This document shows positions 10,801 through 20,922 of a stretch of 64,000 bases of DNA, in pieces. The position numbers and the translations under genes are program-made. A model generated the notes under the pieces. It had not been told where the DNA came from. It did no database searches and saw only the letters and a program-made list of their open reading frames with translations. Origin of the DNA: Prasinococcaceae sp. CCMP 1430 (Eukaryota > Plantae > Prasinodermophyta); assembly GCA_013416795.1 (NCBI GenBank), contig RQSC01000397.1:1-64000 (forward strand). Reading direction: 5' to 3'. Numbering within the stretch: the first letter of the stretch is position 1; the number at the start of each line of letters is the position of its first letter.

Positions 10801-13800
10801 CTGGCATTGTCCCATCGATTGAGGTCAAGCTCAGTGGCAACACTCGCTTTGGTGCGCCCGTGCCCGTTGCTGCAGAACGCCCAATCGCGCGCTTGTCTCT
10901 AAGTGGTGGGCGTGTTGCGATGGAGCAGTACAGCACGTGCATGGACGTCCGGGCTGCCTTTTCTTCGCTCGACGCGAGAGACGAGCTGAGTGATGCTATG
11001 GGCTTGCCTATCCTCGCGTCTTCCTCACAGGGCGTCGACTGCCTGCCAGGCTCGGTCAAGGAGGCACTCGACAAGGTCGAAGGGGACATGCGTGTGTTCC
11101 AGGATGATTGTGATGACGTCGCCAGTGATGATGTTGTTGCCAGCGATATCGCCACCGCGCGCACCGACCGCGTCGCTGCAGCTCCGGCCTGTAGCTACAG
11201 TGAGTTGCTCGACACCATTGGACATGCCGGTCACTTCGAACGCCAAACTGATCTCCTCTCTGCCAGCATCAGCATGGTCTCATCGGGCAGTTGGCGGCAC
11301 TCGGCTGCAACGCCCGAGACAGATGTCACTCTCACGCTGCGCCCTTTTCGTCTTTTCTGTCGAGTGCCGACAGTGAAGACGCTCTTGGCGTTGTCAGAGC
11401 AGCTCGCCGATCCAGCGACGGCGTCTGGCGAGGCCAAAGATGCAGGCACAGGTCCGCTCGCCGAAGACTGGGTGGAACCCGTGGATGATCGGTCGCTCGA
11501 GACACCGGCGGAGCAGCCGACGCAGGAGAAGAAGTCGACTGGTGCAGCACGCCAGAACGCGGCAACCTTTAAGCTGCGCGCGAAGCTTCAGAACGTGACG
11601 TTGACTTTGCTTGACGACGATGCCTCCATGGTGGCGGCACTCGCTCTCTCGCGCGTGGCTGTGGAGACCACCTCGTGTCCCGACGGTGGCATGGTCGTAG
11701 ATGGAAGGCTTGGCGGGATCAAGGTTGTTGATGGATATTGCGCGTCGGATGAGATGTACTGGGAGGCAATCCGCATGCACAATCCAAGCGACGAGATGCT
11801 TGTGCAATTGCGCTATGAAGTGGTGCCTTCTGCGAACGCACATCAGTTCGGGTACGCATCTGCAGCAGATGTCAAGGCTGCCAGTCTACGTATCGTGTAC
11901 CTCGCCCGCTTTATTGCACGCATAACCGAATATTCGTCGCGGCTCGCCACGGCAACGCCAGCTTCTGTGGACGTCGACCAGTCGACACCGAACGTTCGCG
12001 TGCAGGGAGCCGCACACGCATCAGGCGGTGGGCGCGGACGCGAGGAGAACGTCCTGCCTCTGAAGCTGTCGATCAATATCGATGCCCCAGTCCTCGATAT
12101 CCCTCGGTCGCCAGAGAGTTCGGCGTGCGTGCGGATGGACCTTGGCCGCCTGCGCGTCAGCAACGCACTCGAGAATGCTTGCGACGTAGTTACGGTCGCG
12201 CTCGAGGAGGCATCGATCGAGCTGAGAGGGCCAGGGATAGGCTCGGTCAACGTCACGGACGCGCCGCTCGCTGCGCAGGTCGAATTGACAAAGCCACTCT
12301 TCGCATCCGATGGGCGGTCCGCTACGGCGGCCAAGGTATCTCTAGGGGATGTTGGTCTCCTGGTGACTGAGAAGAGCGTGTCTTTCGTGCTGTTGGTCCT
12401 TGAGGAAAATCTGGGAAAGACAGCAACCACGACCCCCGCGCTGGTCACGGACGGGCAAGCTGAGGGCGCGTCTGATCAGGCCGATGCGGGCAAGAGTGAG
12501 TCACAGGACATGTCCTCTGGGAGCGAATCGACAGGTGACGTCTGTTTAAGCGTCTCGGCAACCCTCGATACCATCAAAGTGCGACTCGGACAGGCAAATG
12601 GAAATGATGTGGTGGCGATTGCAGAACTTCTGTCTACAGATCTCAAAGCGAGCTACGTTGTGACGGCAGATGTTTGCGCCCGGGCCTCCATCACGGTCGG
12701 TGGGCTGGCTATCACGGACGCTCAGACCGACACAGATCGCCGGGCGCTCTCGCTGCTTGGATGGGACTACTCTGTGTCGCCGCCAGCGCAGCAGACGTTC
12801 TTGCACCTCACCTACGACGACAGGGGCAAGACCCGAGGCGCTACAGCCTCCATTCGTGTGACAGAGCCGACGCTCAGGCTCAGAGTGGAATGGGCTTTCT
12901 CACTGCTCCATTTTGTCAACTCCGCGAGCGACGGCAACAGACCCAAGATTGGTAGCGACGATCTCGTTCTCAAACCAGGGCCGTACGTTGCGCCGAGCGA
13001 TACGGTCTTGTCGGAGCGTTGCCGTTTACTGGCAGACGCAACAGGCGATGGCATGCGCTATATTTTTGATGGCAATGGCAACGCTCTCGAAATTCCCATC
13101 ATGCTCACCCACCAGGGCGCGCTCATCGTCGTCGGCCATGGGCACGAGTTGCATTTCACAAACACGCGCATCGTCAACTCAGAGAACTTGAGCTCTTGTA
13201 CGTACCTCTCCTCTGGCGCTAGAGTCACTTTCGGTGACTCCGTGACCTTTGATGGATGCGGTGGAGAGCCGTTCGAGGCCGAGGGAGCCCTTGCTACGGA
13301 GGCAGCGCCTGCGAGCGCGCAACCTTTCACCACAACTATCGACATCGTCGGTGCCAACGTGACATTGCTATCGAAGAATGACCGAAATGACGCGGTCGAC
13401 GGCGTGGCGCTGAATGTCCCTGCCATGTCGCTGCTGTTCAGTCAGCGAGGGGCTTCAGTCAGTGCAGAGGCATCAGTGAGCGGCGCGCGAATGGAGCACG
13501 TCTTCTACACGCATGGCGAGGCAAGCAATCCTCCAGTCAGAGCGCAGATGCGGAAGCTCATGGACCCATTCGACTTCCGCTGCACTTATCCCCCCACCGG
13601 TCAGGAGGATGCGCTAGCAGTTACTTCACTCAGAGCGAGCGTCGATGCGGACACCCTCGACGTTCTATCCAGGCTCACAAGAGCAGTGTCGACGTTTGTA
13701 GTGGGCCAATCGCCACTAGTCAAAGCTTGCACTGAATACTCGCGCGTCCTACCCGAAGCGATGCTCCAGGGGACCGCGCTTGGCAGCCAGCTCAGCTTTT

Positions 13801-16800
13801 GGCAAGTCCGCGCGCCTCTGGGTTACGCCTCACTTGGCCACGTGGCCATGTGCGGGAATGACCCACCGACTAATCCAACATTGGTGGTAGACAGCGCACG
13901 CACTGCGGTCGCAAGCCATGGCATGTGTGCCCTGGCGCGGCCGACTGGCTTCGAGCCCATGTGGGTGGACCCCGACAAAAACTTTACCATCTGGCGACCT
14001 GTGCCGGCGTCGGGATATGTGGCGATGGGTTGCGTGGTTGGCGCCGGTGTGGAACACCCCTCGCTCGACATTGTGCAGTGCATGCATGAGTCACTTATTC
14101 GCCAATCGTCTTGCTACGAGTGCGTCAGCGCCACTGGCGTGAGCGCAAACGAGCTGGTCCGCGTATGGCAGATTTCCGGCCCGCTTCGCACCTTCACCAT
14201 ACGGAACGACTCGGATGTGAGCAGGGTGTGCACCATGCGCGACCCTTCGCTGCTCTACTCCATGCGAAACGCACGCACACGTTTGCCGAGGACGCTCGTG
14301 TCGCCCACAGGCAGCGACGCGAGCACCAACTCACGCTTCGGACGTTATGCGCACTGCTTTGCAATGCAGGCGGTATTCGTGCAGAAAAAAGATAATGGCC
14401 GCGGTGGATTTACAATCTGGAAGGTGCAGCCCCCCGCTGGGTATGTTGCTCTTGGAGACTGGATCGCAGACGGTGACGATTACCCGACGGCCCCGTCGGT
14501 GGTGCTCAGGGATCATCCTGACTGCGTCGCGCCTTCCGGACGGTGGACGCGTGTCTGGAACTACGACCGAGCGAAGGGGTATAAGCACGGGTTGGCGCTC
14601 TGGGCACCAGTTCCGCCATCAGATGACTATGTAGCGCTGGGGTGTGTGTGGTCACAGCGGATGCCAACGGCCGTGACGGCCGTGAGGTGCGTGCACCGCA
14701 ACCTGGTGGAGACGTGCGGAGTGTCGGACAGGAGTAGCGCGTATCAATTCGCATTCAAGTACACTGAGTTGCGGGTGCTTCGCACAGTGAAGTCCAACTC
14801 GTATTTCGCTGTGCTGCCCAGTGCCAGCCCGTCCGCTAAGTTGTGGCAGCTGGTAGATTTCAAGAGCTCTTCAAGAACGTCAGAAGATGTGATCTTCATG
14901 ACGTGCCCGGGGATCGCCGTGACGGCGTATGATATGCGGCCAGGTTTGAAGAACCAGCCACTCCTTCAGCTAGCCGCCTCTTCGATCTCAGCTGGCATCG
15001 TACAGACGAAACAAACGGTGGCTGTCAGAGGCACGCGTGACATGCAGACGATAGAATCCGCTTGCTCCCTCACCCTCGCCTGCTTCAACCCCCAGCTGGG
15101 CGCATGGGAGCCCTTGGTGGAGCCTTTTCAGGTCCAGCTTAGCTTTCACTGCGAGGCCGAGAGTGAAGCACACGAGCTGCCAGCGAAGACACTCATCCTC
15201 GTGCGCGGCACTTCCGCACTCGAGTTGAATGCAAGCAGTGCGATGCTGTATCGCCTCATCGACTCGTCGCGCGCGTTTCTCGCGGCCAGTGAAGGCGGCA
15301 ACACCCTTGCGGTCCGCAATAGCTTGAGTATTCCTGTGTGGCTTCGTGCTGTGCACAGCTCTTCGCGTGGGGATGACTACCATGTGGTTGCAAGTGGTGA
15401 GCGAACGATCCTGCCCATGCCTGTCGAGAGCACTGAGGATTTAGGTGCTCGAGCGCACCTGGAGGCACCAGAGTACATTAGCGTGCAGATTGTCGCACTG
15501 AGGCAAGTTCCACATCGCAAGGGACGATTGCAATGCCAGGTGCGCGCGCGTGTCGATCGCACTGGGCATAGCAAGGCCGTGACGCGCTGGAACCAGGCGG
15601 ACAGCGGCGGCTCGTCCGATGCGCCTGCTTTCTCCGAGGTCGCTTTCGATGAGTGCTTTCTGCTGCACGCCGACACAGCAGCGTCAACTTGCCCAATGCT
15701 GCATTTCGAAGCTGGGTGTGCCCTTAGTGGGGACCCGACCAACGCAGAGGTGCTGCGGGCGTCTGCAACGATTGATGTGAGCGGGCTCCCGCTTGCTCGC
15801 GCACTTGAGACGGTTGACCGCACCTCGCTCATCCTTGCTCACTGCGAAGGTGAGCTACATCTCGATGTTCGCATAGCAAGGTCCGATGGCTACGCGAAGA
15901 GGGCAAGTTTGAGCCTCGAGAAGGCCACGTCGGCCGCGGAAGCTGGTGCTGCACCCTGCAAGCTCCTCTTTAGCGTCCGCGATCCGCATGGCGACGCGAG
16001 CGTCGCTGAAGATGGCGCTGGGTGGCATGACATGCCCGTGCATGTGGCCATGCCGATGGTGCATGACATCCTGGAGAGCGGCGCATCCGCTGCAGGGATC
16101 CCGCGCACTTCGCACACCGTTATTACAAGCGTCACTATTCAGGGCGGCAGGCGACTGGTAGACATCCGAGCGCCCGTCGTTGTCCAGAACAAAACTGGTC
16201 ATGAATTGGCACTCGGCATCAGCAACTCGGCGGAGGGTATCGCCGGCAGCTCTACGGATTTGCCAGGCTCACCAAGCCCTCGTGCAGGTGCCTTCAATGT
16301 GACCGAGCACGAGGTTTTCGAAAACCAGCGATTTCTGCCCTTCAAGGGCTTCAAAGGGACCCACCTGTTCCCAACTGAACGCAAGTCGTGGCAGTACACG
16401 GTGCACGGCAAGGGCACGAGCTCCAGCAGCGATCCTCGTGAGGGCGGTGTTCGAAAGCATCCCGATGGTCGGGCCGCCCAGCCCTGGCTCGAGGATGGCG
16501 CGGAATGGGTCAGCGCGTGGGAGGTAGACCTCCTCGGCCTCGCGCAAAACGCCGTCGACAAAGACGGCTGGGCTTACGCATTCGACTTTTCAGGGGCATC
16601 CATGGGCATGTGGAAGCCTCACGCCGGCCAAGGCAAGAATGGGACGGGATGCTTCGTGCGTCGTCGTAGATGGTTGAGGCGGGCTCGGAGTCCAGGCTCG
16701 GCTTTAGGATCGAGCGCCAGTGCAGGCGCAGGTGCGTCGGGGTCTACCGCACTCTCCCTCCGGGGCTCTGATTACCGTTACGCTGGTTCCATAGGCCAGG

Positions 16801-19800
16801 GGGGGCTCAGCGCGCTGCCGCACTCGGCTGTGTCCGCATTGTTGGGCACGGAACTCGTCTTTGCCGTGACAGAGGGCGATGAGCGGATCAGTGGCTGGAG
16901 TGAAATTGCGCACAGCCAGAGTGGAGGGGGGGTCGTTCCGTCACTGCTTCGACCCCAGCGCTGGCTCATGCGCTGCGCATCTGGTGCGGATTACACATAC
17001 CTCTGTGCTGAGGCGTCGCAGACCAAGATCGGTGTGTCTGCGGACTCGGATTGGACTCTAACGATCACCGCCCCATTGAGCGTCACCAACGCGCTTCCGT
17101 TCCCCGTAGCGGTCGAACTGTGGGAGAAGCCCAAGTACGAAAAGCAGCCGACGAAGCAAATGGCTCTGTCGGACCTGAAGCCTGGCGACACATGCAATGC
17201 GTATCACGTTGATTTGGCGCGCCCGTCATACCTCTCGCTGCGCCACGGCATGGCAGGCGGCGGAATCGGGAGGGTCCCTCTGTTTGTTGTGCACGACTAC
17301 GTGCAGGCGCGCGCCAAGCGGCACATGGACGAGGCCGCGTTGGTCCTGGGCGATGAAACCTACGAATTGCGTCTCCCCAGCGGCCGGACTGTTGCCATTA
17401 CCGTCGAGAGGAAGTGTGCTGACAATTTTGATGCGGCGGCGTCGGTGTCGGTTCGCTTTCACGCGCCTTTCTGGCTCAACAAGCACATGCGAATGCCCCT
17501 CGCGTACAGCATCTTGCGCCAGCGTGGGTCGGTAGGAGACGACGGTGCCTTCAATCCAGCCGAGGCGTCGCACGCGACGCTTGTTGAGGAGATAGGCTGC
17601 GGTGGATTAACGAACATCGCTGCCGTGCCTGCCAGTGTCGGGGATGCGGACACCCTGCTACTCCGCGTGGGCGTCCTGACAGGCGAAGAGACGGTGTGGA
17701 GCGGTAGTGTGCCCATCTACGACGGGGGCACGGGCGCGCCGGCTTTTGGAACGTATGCTATCGACCTCGTCGAGGCCGGTGGGCGCATGACGTTCCCTGC
17801 AGCCGTTGCCATCGAGGAAGGGGAGGGCGCCTACGCGTCGACTGCAATGGTGAACGTAAGGCCACGTGACACGATCACAAATCGCGCAGGCCTCGACCTG
17901 TGGCTCTTTGAGGACACGGTCGAGGACGGCCGCGGCACCCTGCTGCAAGCCGGCGCCGTTGACCGTGGCCTCTCTTGGTCTGTTGACGACATGGCCGAGC
18001 GCGTGGTGCGCATCGCGGTGGACGCCGGGGGCGTGCCCAACACGCGCGTTGTGGTGAGGGGCACAAGCGAGATACGTGTTTACGGCGCCATCCAGGAGGA
18101 CGTGCATCTCTGCTGCATCTGCCAACCGGGCAGTCTGGGTTCGTACCACTTGGAGCTCAACCTTGTGGCTCTGCACGAGTTGCCGTACCGCATCGAGAAT
18201 CGGTCAGAGTACGAGCTGGCTCTGCTCGAGACCAGCCAGAGGCCTGTTGCTCTGAGCCCTTTCGCGGCTATGGGCTGGGTGTGGACGAGCAGCGACCAGC
18301 TTGACCAGGCCATGCGCATCGGTGTCACTGGCAGCAACGCGGTGAGCGACGAGCTGCGGCTTGACGATGATCCGCGGCTCTTCGAGTGCTCCGCATTTGG
18401 CGACGCAGACCAGCGCCTCCGCGCGTGGCTGCAGGACGATGGGCATAAGCGGGTGTTGGTTGTGGCGCCTTCAAAGCTCTCCATGGTGCAGCACGCGACC
18501 ACGCCTGCCTTTGACGAGTCATCAGCAAGTGGAAACATGGGAGCATTGCGCTCAGCCAATGCAGCAGGTGTCGGCGTTCCCGGCGTTTGCGAGACGCGCA
18601 TGCTGCTGCCCGAGATTGGCCTGAGCGTCATCGACAGCACTCCTGAGGAGCTCGCGTACGTCTGTCTCCATGGCGCGAGTGTGGGTATCACTCGATGCAG
18701 GACAGTGACGCAAGCTCTCGTGAAGGTACAGTCCGCGCAAGTCGACAATTGCCTCGTTGGTACGCCTTTCCCGGTGATGCTCGTGCCAGGAACGTCGCAG
18801 GAACCGGACATCTCATTCACGCTGGTGACCTCGAACAACCTTCCTGGCGTCACGGAGGTACCCTTCTGCAAGGTAGCGCTCTCGAGCGGTACGCACCACG
18901 TCTACGTGCACGAGCGTCTTGTGTGGCGACTGATGGATTTTGTGGCGGAGATCGGTCTGGAGAGACTGGCGGTGCCTGACGGCGATGCGCCGCGTGCTTT
19001 CGACAACCTGGTGCGACTGGACCGCCTGCGCATCGAGCGCGGCAAGGCCAAGGTCACAATCAAGGTGTCTCCCGAGAATCGCCCTGGCTGGCTGTCGAAC
19101 GACGCCGTCAGCGCGGGGCTGAGCCTAGTGGACGGTGTGGCTCTGCCTTTGAATCTGCGGCCCATCACGCTCGACAGATTTTATGACCGTCAGAGCAAGC
19201 TGACCGCGCGCCTTGTCAAGGCAGTGACCGACCAGATGATTCGCCAAGCCATGCGGGTACTCACCAAAAATGTGGGGGTGCTCCTGAGCAACGTCGCCAC
19301 GTCAGTGCAGTTCGTCAACAACAAACTCGCCGGGCTTTCAATGGATAAGAAGTACATTCGCGAGCGCGCCAAGGCGCGCAGCGCTGTGCAGATCGGTGAC
19401 CTTGCGGATGGCCTTGTCGAGGGCAGTGACGCGCTCGCGCACGGGCTTCTTAGGGGAGTCACTGGCGTGTTCCTGAAGCCTGTGGAGGGCGCTAAAAAGG
19501 ATGGGATCAAGGGTTTCGTCAAGGGGGTCGGCAAGGGTGTCATCGGCCTCGCCACTCAGCCTGTTACAGGCGTGATCGACTTCGCTACGCAAACCGCTGA
19601 GGGCGCAATCAGAACCATCGACAAGGTCACGGACAAGGTCAAGGAGGTCGGCGAGGAGGCTCTGACAGGGAGTTCAAGTGCTGACGGCGCGGGCCACGGG
19701 CGTGCCCGCGTCCCTCGCGCCCTGCTCGACGGACGCATCGAAGACTACGAAGAGAGCCTCGCCATGGCATACCACAGCCGTCGTGAGCATGACCATGCTC

Positions 19801-19841
19801 AGCAGCTTTTGATGCGGAAGGCGTCGAGGAATTTGTTCTAG
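7881..19841 (+). CDS. VPS13: VPS13 bridge-like lipid transfer protein, plant VPS13M-like architecture, intronless
   Basis: Chorein-N (MFEKQVAFHLQKYLGKYCYGL...LSVLKGDIVLRDLALKPEALDEL). PH-like segment. Vps62/DUF946-like repeats (FWQVRAPLGYASLGH; IWRPVPASGYVAMGCV). DysF-like segment (EVFENQRF...DGWAYAFDF...VRRRRWLR). VAB repeats and ATG2_C region (GVTGVFLKPVEGAKKDGIKGFVKGVGKG). Confidence 0.96.
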   Translation: MFEKQVAFHLQKYLGKYCYGLEKESLRLSVLKGDIVLRDLALKPEALDELRLPIKVRAGYVGSVTLKVPWGSLGKKPVEVQLDSIFAVAALADADAAGTGETDEDLETAARKKRLKAAEDAWVGAQGAATQSGDDSGGGGGWVKSYTDTVLGNLQLSITNVHVRFEHNQDGGARGGSRFAAGLLLRSLEAHTVDESGEKAFVARNALGTMRKRMTLEGLALYHDTDSLALQPPRGKAWDVLSADEWRQMFGVSPVHAEQEVQPAQHTYVLCPIDLGVQYVQLGGPEAAMRAHGEPMQSAMMHVQEIVLRIDATQYQGVMQAIEALSRATAAGASAFAHLRPLRRPRYCPGRWWRYAYEVVRRTAIRKHSTIRWSSVKRLCACRREYIHAYASVLMGEGSESEDAARTVDRLDTELEYEAALLFRCLAHTEAKRRTRSKQLAAQKKVGSSWYSWWTGSSSKKDAADAEAAAADAADGEDGSMGEEEWATLQQLVEDSKWKPPAASSEAAEAVQMAVKVHIAKLGFDLVQNGTGKAMATLIDGRMLNVGVDATVSNASTAVQVSVARYFLGDLLRSGQSNTAIDVLVEMPPPHGDAAASVDMRCRADLTSPLFRVQSSEVTELVEFFKLPSADIDLSTTVTVAAGVANQAAIEAQTRMRSALASRTKLALSLNIGAPQILVPSIEMQEGAVDERSMLLVDFGRLEVRTDPSNDENYDHFGITLRGACLHLLSHNEPLDDAYIDDLGGTHSSTPILEPVTVHVGIDVQHSGSTAVAAARVGIVLDDIRLHVSPARLRQLVYVRQTVSASDGDGRSTVHTAVTKPWREFNTFDTSGRVAVRSYDRWKQTTTWIPAWAAISGPYLVLCEDEDSVRPKQWIFLGGGRVVSEAGSNLCRRDGAATIVLHSETMSVKEALDAFQDTNVCALELDSSAASTWAAALRLATTANRGLGLAQVAAATTVSVPGSSAERKPALYVAGIVPSIEVKLSGNTRFGAPVPVAAERPIARLSLSGGRVAMEQYSTCMDVRAAFSSLDARDELSDAMGLPILASSSQGVDCLPGSVKEALDKVEGDMRVFQDDCDDVASDDVVASDIATARTDRVAAAPACSYSELLDTIGHAGHFERQTDLLSASISMVSSGSWRHSAATPETDVTLTLRPFRLFCRVPTVKTLLALSEQLADPATASGEAKDAGTGPLAEDWVEPVDDRSLETPAEQPTQEKKSTGAARQNAATFKLRAKLQNVTLTLLDDDASMVAALALSRVAVETTSCPDGGMVVDGRLGGIKVVDGYCASDEMYWEAIRMHNPSDEMLVQLRYEVVPSANAHQFGYASAADVKAASLRIVYLARFIARITEYSSRLATATPASVDVDQSTPNVRVQGAAHASGGGRGREENVLPLKLSINIDAPVLDIPRSPESSACVRMDLGRLRVSNALENACDVVTVALEEASIELRGPGIGSVNVTDAPLAAQVELTKPLFASDGRSATAAKVSLGDVGLLVTEKSVSFVLLVLEENLGKTATTTPALVTDGQAEGASDQADAGKSESQDMSSGSESTGDVCLSVSATLDTIKVRLGQANGNDVVAIAELLSTDLKASYVVTADVCARASITVGGLAITDAQTDTDRRALSLLGWDYSVSPPAQQTFLHLTYDDRGKTRGATASIRVTEPTLRLRVEWAFSLLHFVNSASDGNRPKIGSDDLVLKPGPYVAPSDTVLSERCRLLADATGDGMRYIFDGNGNALEIPIMLTHQGALIVVGHGHELHFTNTRIVNSENLSSCTYLSSGARVTFGDSVTFDGCGGEPFEAEGALATEAAPASAQPFTTTIDIVGANVTLLSKNDRNDAVDGVALNVPAMSLLFSQRGASVSAEASVSGARMEHVFYTHGEASNPPVRAQMRKLMDPFDFRCTYPPTGQEDALAVTSLRASVDADTLDVLSRLTRAVSTFVVGQSPLVKACTEYSRVLPEAMLQGTALGSQLSFWQVRAPLGYASLGHVAMCGNDPPTNPTLVVDSARTAVASHGMCALARPTGFEPMWVDPDKNFTIWRPVPASGYVAMGCVVGAGVEHPSLDIVQCMHESLIRQSSCYECVSATGVSANELVRVWQISGPLRTFTIRNDSDVSRVCTMRDPSLLYSMRNARTRLPRTLVSPTGSDASTNSRFGRYAHCFAMQAVFVQKKDNGRGGFTIWKVQPPAGYVALGDWIADGDDYPTAPSVVLRDHPDCVAPSGRWTRVWNYDRAKGYKHGLALWAPVPPSDDYVALGCVWSQRMPTAVTAVRCVHRNLVETCGVSDRSSAYQFAFKYTELRVLRTVKSNSYFAVLPSASPSAKLWQLVDFKSSSRTSEDVIFMTCPGIAVTAYDMRPGLKNQPLLQLAASSISAGIVQTKQTVAVRGTRDMQTIESACSLTLACFNPQLGAWEPLVEPFQVQLSFHCEAESEAHELPAKTLILVRGTSALELNASSAMLYRLIDSSRAFLAASEGGNTLAVRNSLSIPVWLRAVHSSSRGDDYHVVASGERTILPMPVESTEDLGARAHLEAPEYISVQIVALRQVPHRKGRLQCQVRARVDRTGHSKAVTRWNQADSGGSSDAPAFSEVAFDECFLLHADTAASTCPMLHFEAGCALSGDPTNAEVLRASATIDVSGLPLARALETVDRTSLILAHCEGELHLDVRIARSDGYAKRASLSLEKATSAAEAGAAPCKLLFSVRDPHGDASVAEDGAGWHDMPVHVAMPMVHDILESGASAAGIPRTSHTVITSVTIQGGRRLVDIRAPVVVQNKTGHELALGISNSAEGIAGSSTDLPGSPSPRAGAFNVTEHEVFENQRFLPFKGFKGTHLFPTERKSWQYTVHGKGTSSSSDPREGGVRKHPDGRAAQPWLEDGAEWVSAWEVDLLGLAQNAVDKDGWAYAFDFSGASMGMWKPHAGQGKNGTGCFVRRRRWLRRARSPGSALGSSASAGAGASGSTALSLRGSDYRYAGSIGQGGLSALPHSAVSALLGTELVFAVTEGDERISGWSEIAHSQSGGGVVPSLLRPQRWLMRCASGADYTYLCAEASQTKIGVSADSDWTLTITAPLSVTNALPFPVAVELWEKPKYEKQPTKQMALSDLKPGDTCNAYHVDLARPSYLSLRHGMAGGGIGRVPLFVVHDYVQARAKRHMDEAALVLGDETYELRLPSGRTVAITVERKCADNFDAAASVSVRFHAPFWLNKHMRMPLAYSILRQRGSVGDDGAFNPAEASHATLVEEIGCGGLTNIAAVPASVGDADTLLLRVGVLTGEETVWSGSVPIYDGGTGAPAFGTYAIDLVEAGGRMTFPAAVAIEEGEGAYASTAMVNVRPRDTITNRAGLDLWLFEDTVEDGRGTLLQAGAVDRGLSWSVDDMAERVVRIAVDAGGVPNTRVVVRGTSEIRVYGAIQEDVHLCCICQPGSLGSYHLELNLVALHELPYRIENRSEYELALLETSQRPVALSPFAAMGWVWTSSDQLDQAMRIGVTGSNAVSDELRLDDDPRLFECSAFGDADQRLRAWLQDDGHKRVLVVAPSKLSMVQHATTPAFDESSASGNMGALRSANAAGVGVPGVCETRMLLPEIGLSVIDSTPEELAYVCLHGASVGITRCRTVTQALVKVQSAQVDNCLVGTPFPVMLVPGTSQEPDISFTLVTSNNLPGVTEVPFCKVALSSGTHHVYVHERLVWRLMDFVAEIGLERLAVPDGDAPRAFDNLVRLDRLRIERGKAKVTIKVSPENRPGWLSNDAVSAGLSLVDGVALPLNLRPITLDRFYDRQSKLTARLVKAVTDQMIRQAMRVLTKNVGVLLSNVATSVQFVNNKLAGLSMDKKYIRERAKARSAVQIGDLADGLVEGSDALAHGLLRGVTGVFLKPVEGAKKDGIKGFVKGVGKGVIGLATQPVTGVIDFATQTAEGAIRTIDKVTDKVKEVGEEALTGSSSADGAGHGRARVPRALLDGRIEDYEESLAMAYHSRREHDHAQQLLMRKASRNLF

Positions 19842-20161
19842 TTGGACTAGTCTATTCATTCGCAGGTAGTCAGGGACTAGTCAAATGCCATCGTAGCAAT
19901 CACTTTTGACACGGGAATGGGCATGCACAGAGAGCTGGGCGTGCCACAGGCGAGCGTCCGGGCGGCGCTCCCCGCCACCGCACACACACACACCGCCACC
20001 ACTGTCAAATACCCCCTGTGCGCGCGTCGAGAGGAGAGAGCGGGCGGGCGCGGTGCCTGCCTGCCCTCCTCTCGCCCCTCCCACGGCGTCCCTCCGCCCC
20101 GCGCCCACGAGCGCGCCCCACGCGGGGGCACCGCCCGCCCACCAGGGCAGCCGCGTGCGCC

Positions 20162-20470
20162 ATGCCCTACGTGTCGTCGGGCGGCCAGGTGCAGCAGCGG
20201 CGCACCTGGCTGCGCCTGTCCCTCGTGACGGACTTCCTCGCGGCGGTGATGAATACGGTGTCGTTCTTCTTCCAGACGCTTATGAATCCTGAGGCGGCCG
20301 ACCGCTACGTGAATGAGCGCCGCGCGCGCGGTCACATCGGCGGCGGCGGCGGCGGTGGCGCGCAGCGCCGCGGAGGCGGGCAGCGCGGCGGCGCTCGCAT
20401 AGCCGGCATGGGCAACCTTCGAAAGACTGTTAACCACCCCTCCATGGGCGGTGGTGGATGAGGAAGGTGA
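20162..20470 (+). CDS. SELENOK: Selenoprotein K; UGA at 20459-20461 recoded as Sec, true stop at 20468-20470
   Basis: MPYVSSGGQVQQRRTWLRLSLVTDFL...FFFQTL, a Gly/Arg-rich tail and the C-terminus ...PSMGGGG-U-GR*, matching the SelK GGUGR ending. A SECIS follows downstream. Confidence 0.93.
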
Positions 20471-20503
20471 GGGCATAGCACGGCATGGCGCAGCGCACGC
20501 GAG

Positions 20504-20583
20504 GCGGGCTCACATGACGCCGCGGCGGGAAAGACGGCAGGAAAGACCTCCTCCGCCCGCGGCCGAGAATCCCACGAGCCCGC
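20504..20583 (+). promoter_or_regulatory. Eukaryotic SECIS element in the SelK 3' UTR
   Basis: Helix I gcgggctc (20504-11) / gagcccgc (20576-83). Core ATGA at 20514 and cGAg at 20564. Helix II gccgcgg / ccgcggc. Unpaired AAA about 12 nt after the core. Confidence 0.88.
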
Positions 20584-20922
20584 GCAACACACTCGCGTCG
20601 CAGCGCCCGCCGGCACGCGCCACCATACTCCCGGTATGCTCTGCGACCTTGGCTACCACCGGGTGTCTGTAATTGTGTATCTTCTTGAAGTATTACTCCA
20701 GTACTAGAGCCGAGTAGCGTACACTTGCGTGCGACCCACTGCGCGAGGCGACCCGCGCTTGTAAACAAGACGAGCGGCCACGCGCGGTGCTTGCAAGCCT
20801 CACCGCAGCTGCCCCCCCCCCCCCCCGGCGGCGAGCGCGGTGCCGCGCGCGGACGTTGTGGAGCGTCAAGAGATGTGAGTCTGTTGTGATTAGCGAGCGA
20901 GCATGCGCGCGCATTCGCATTA

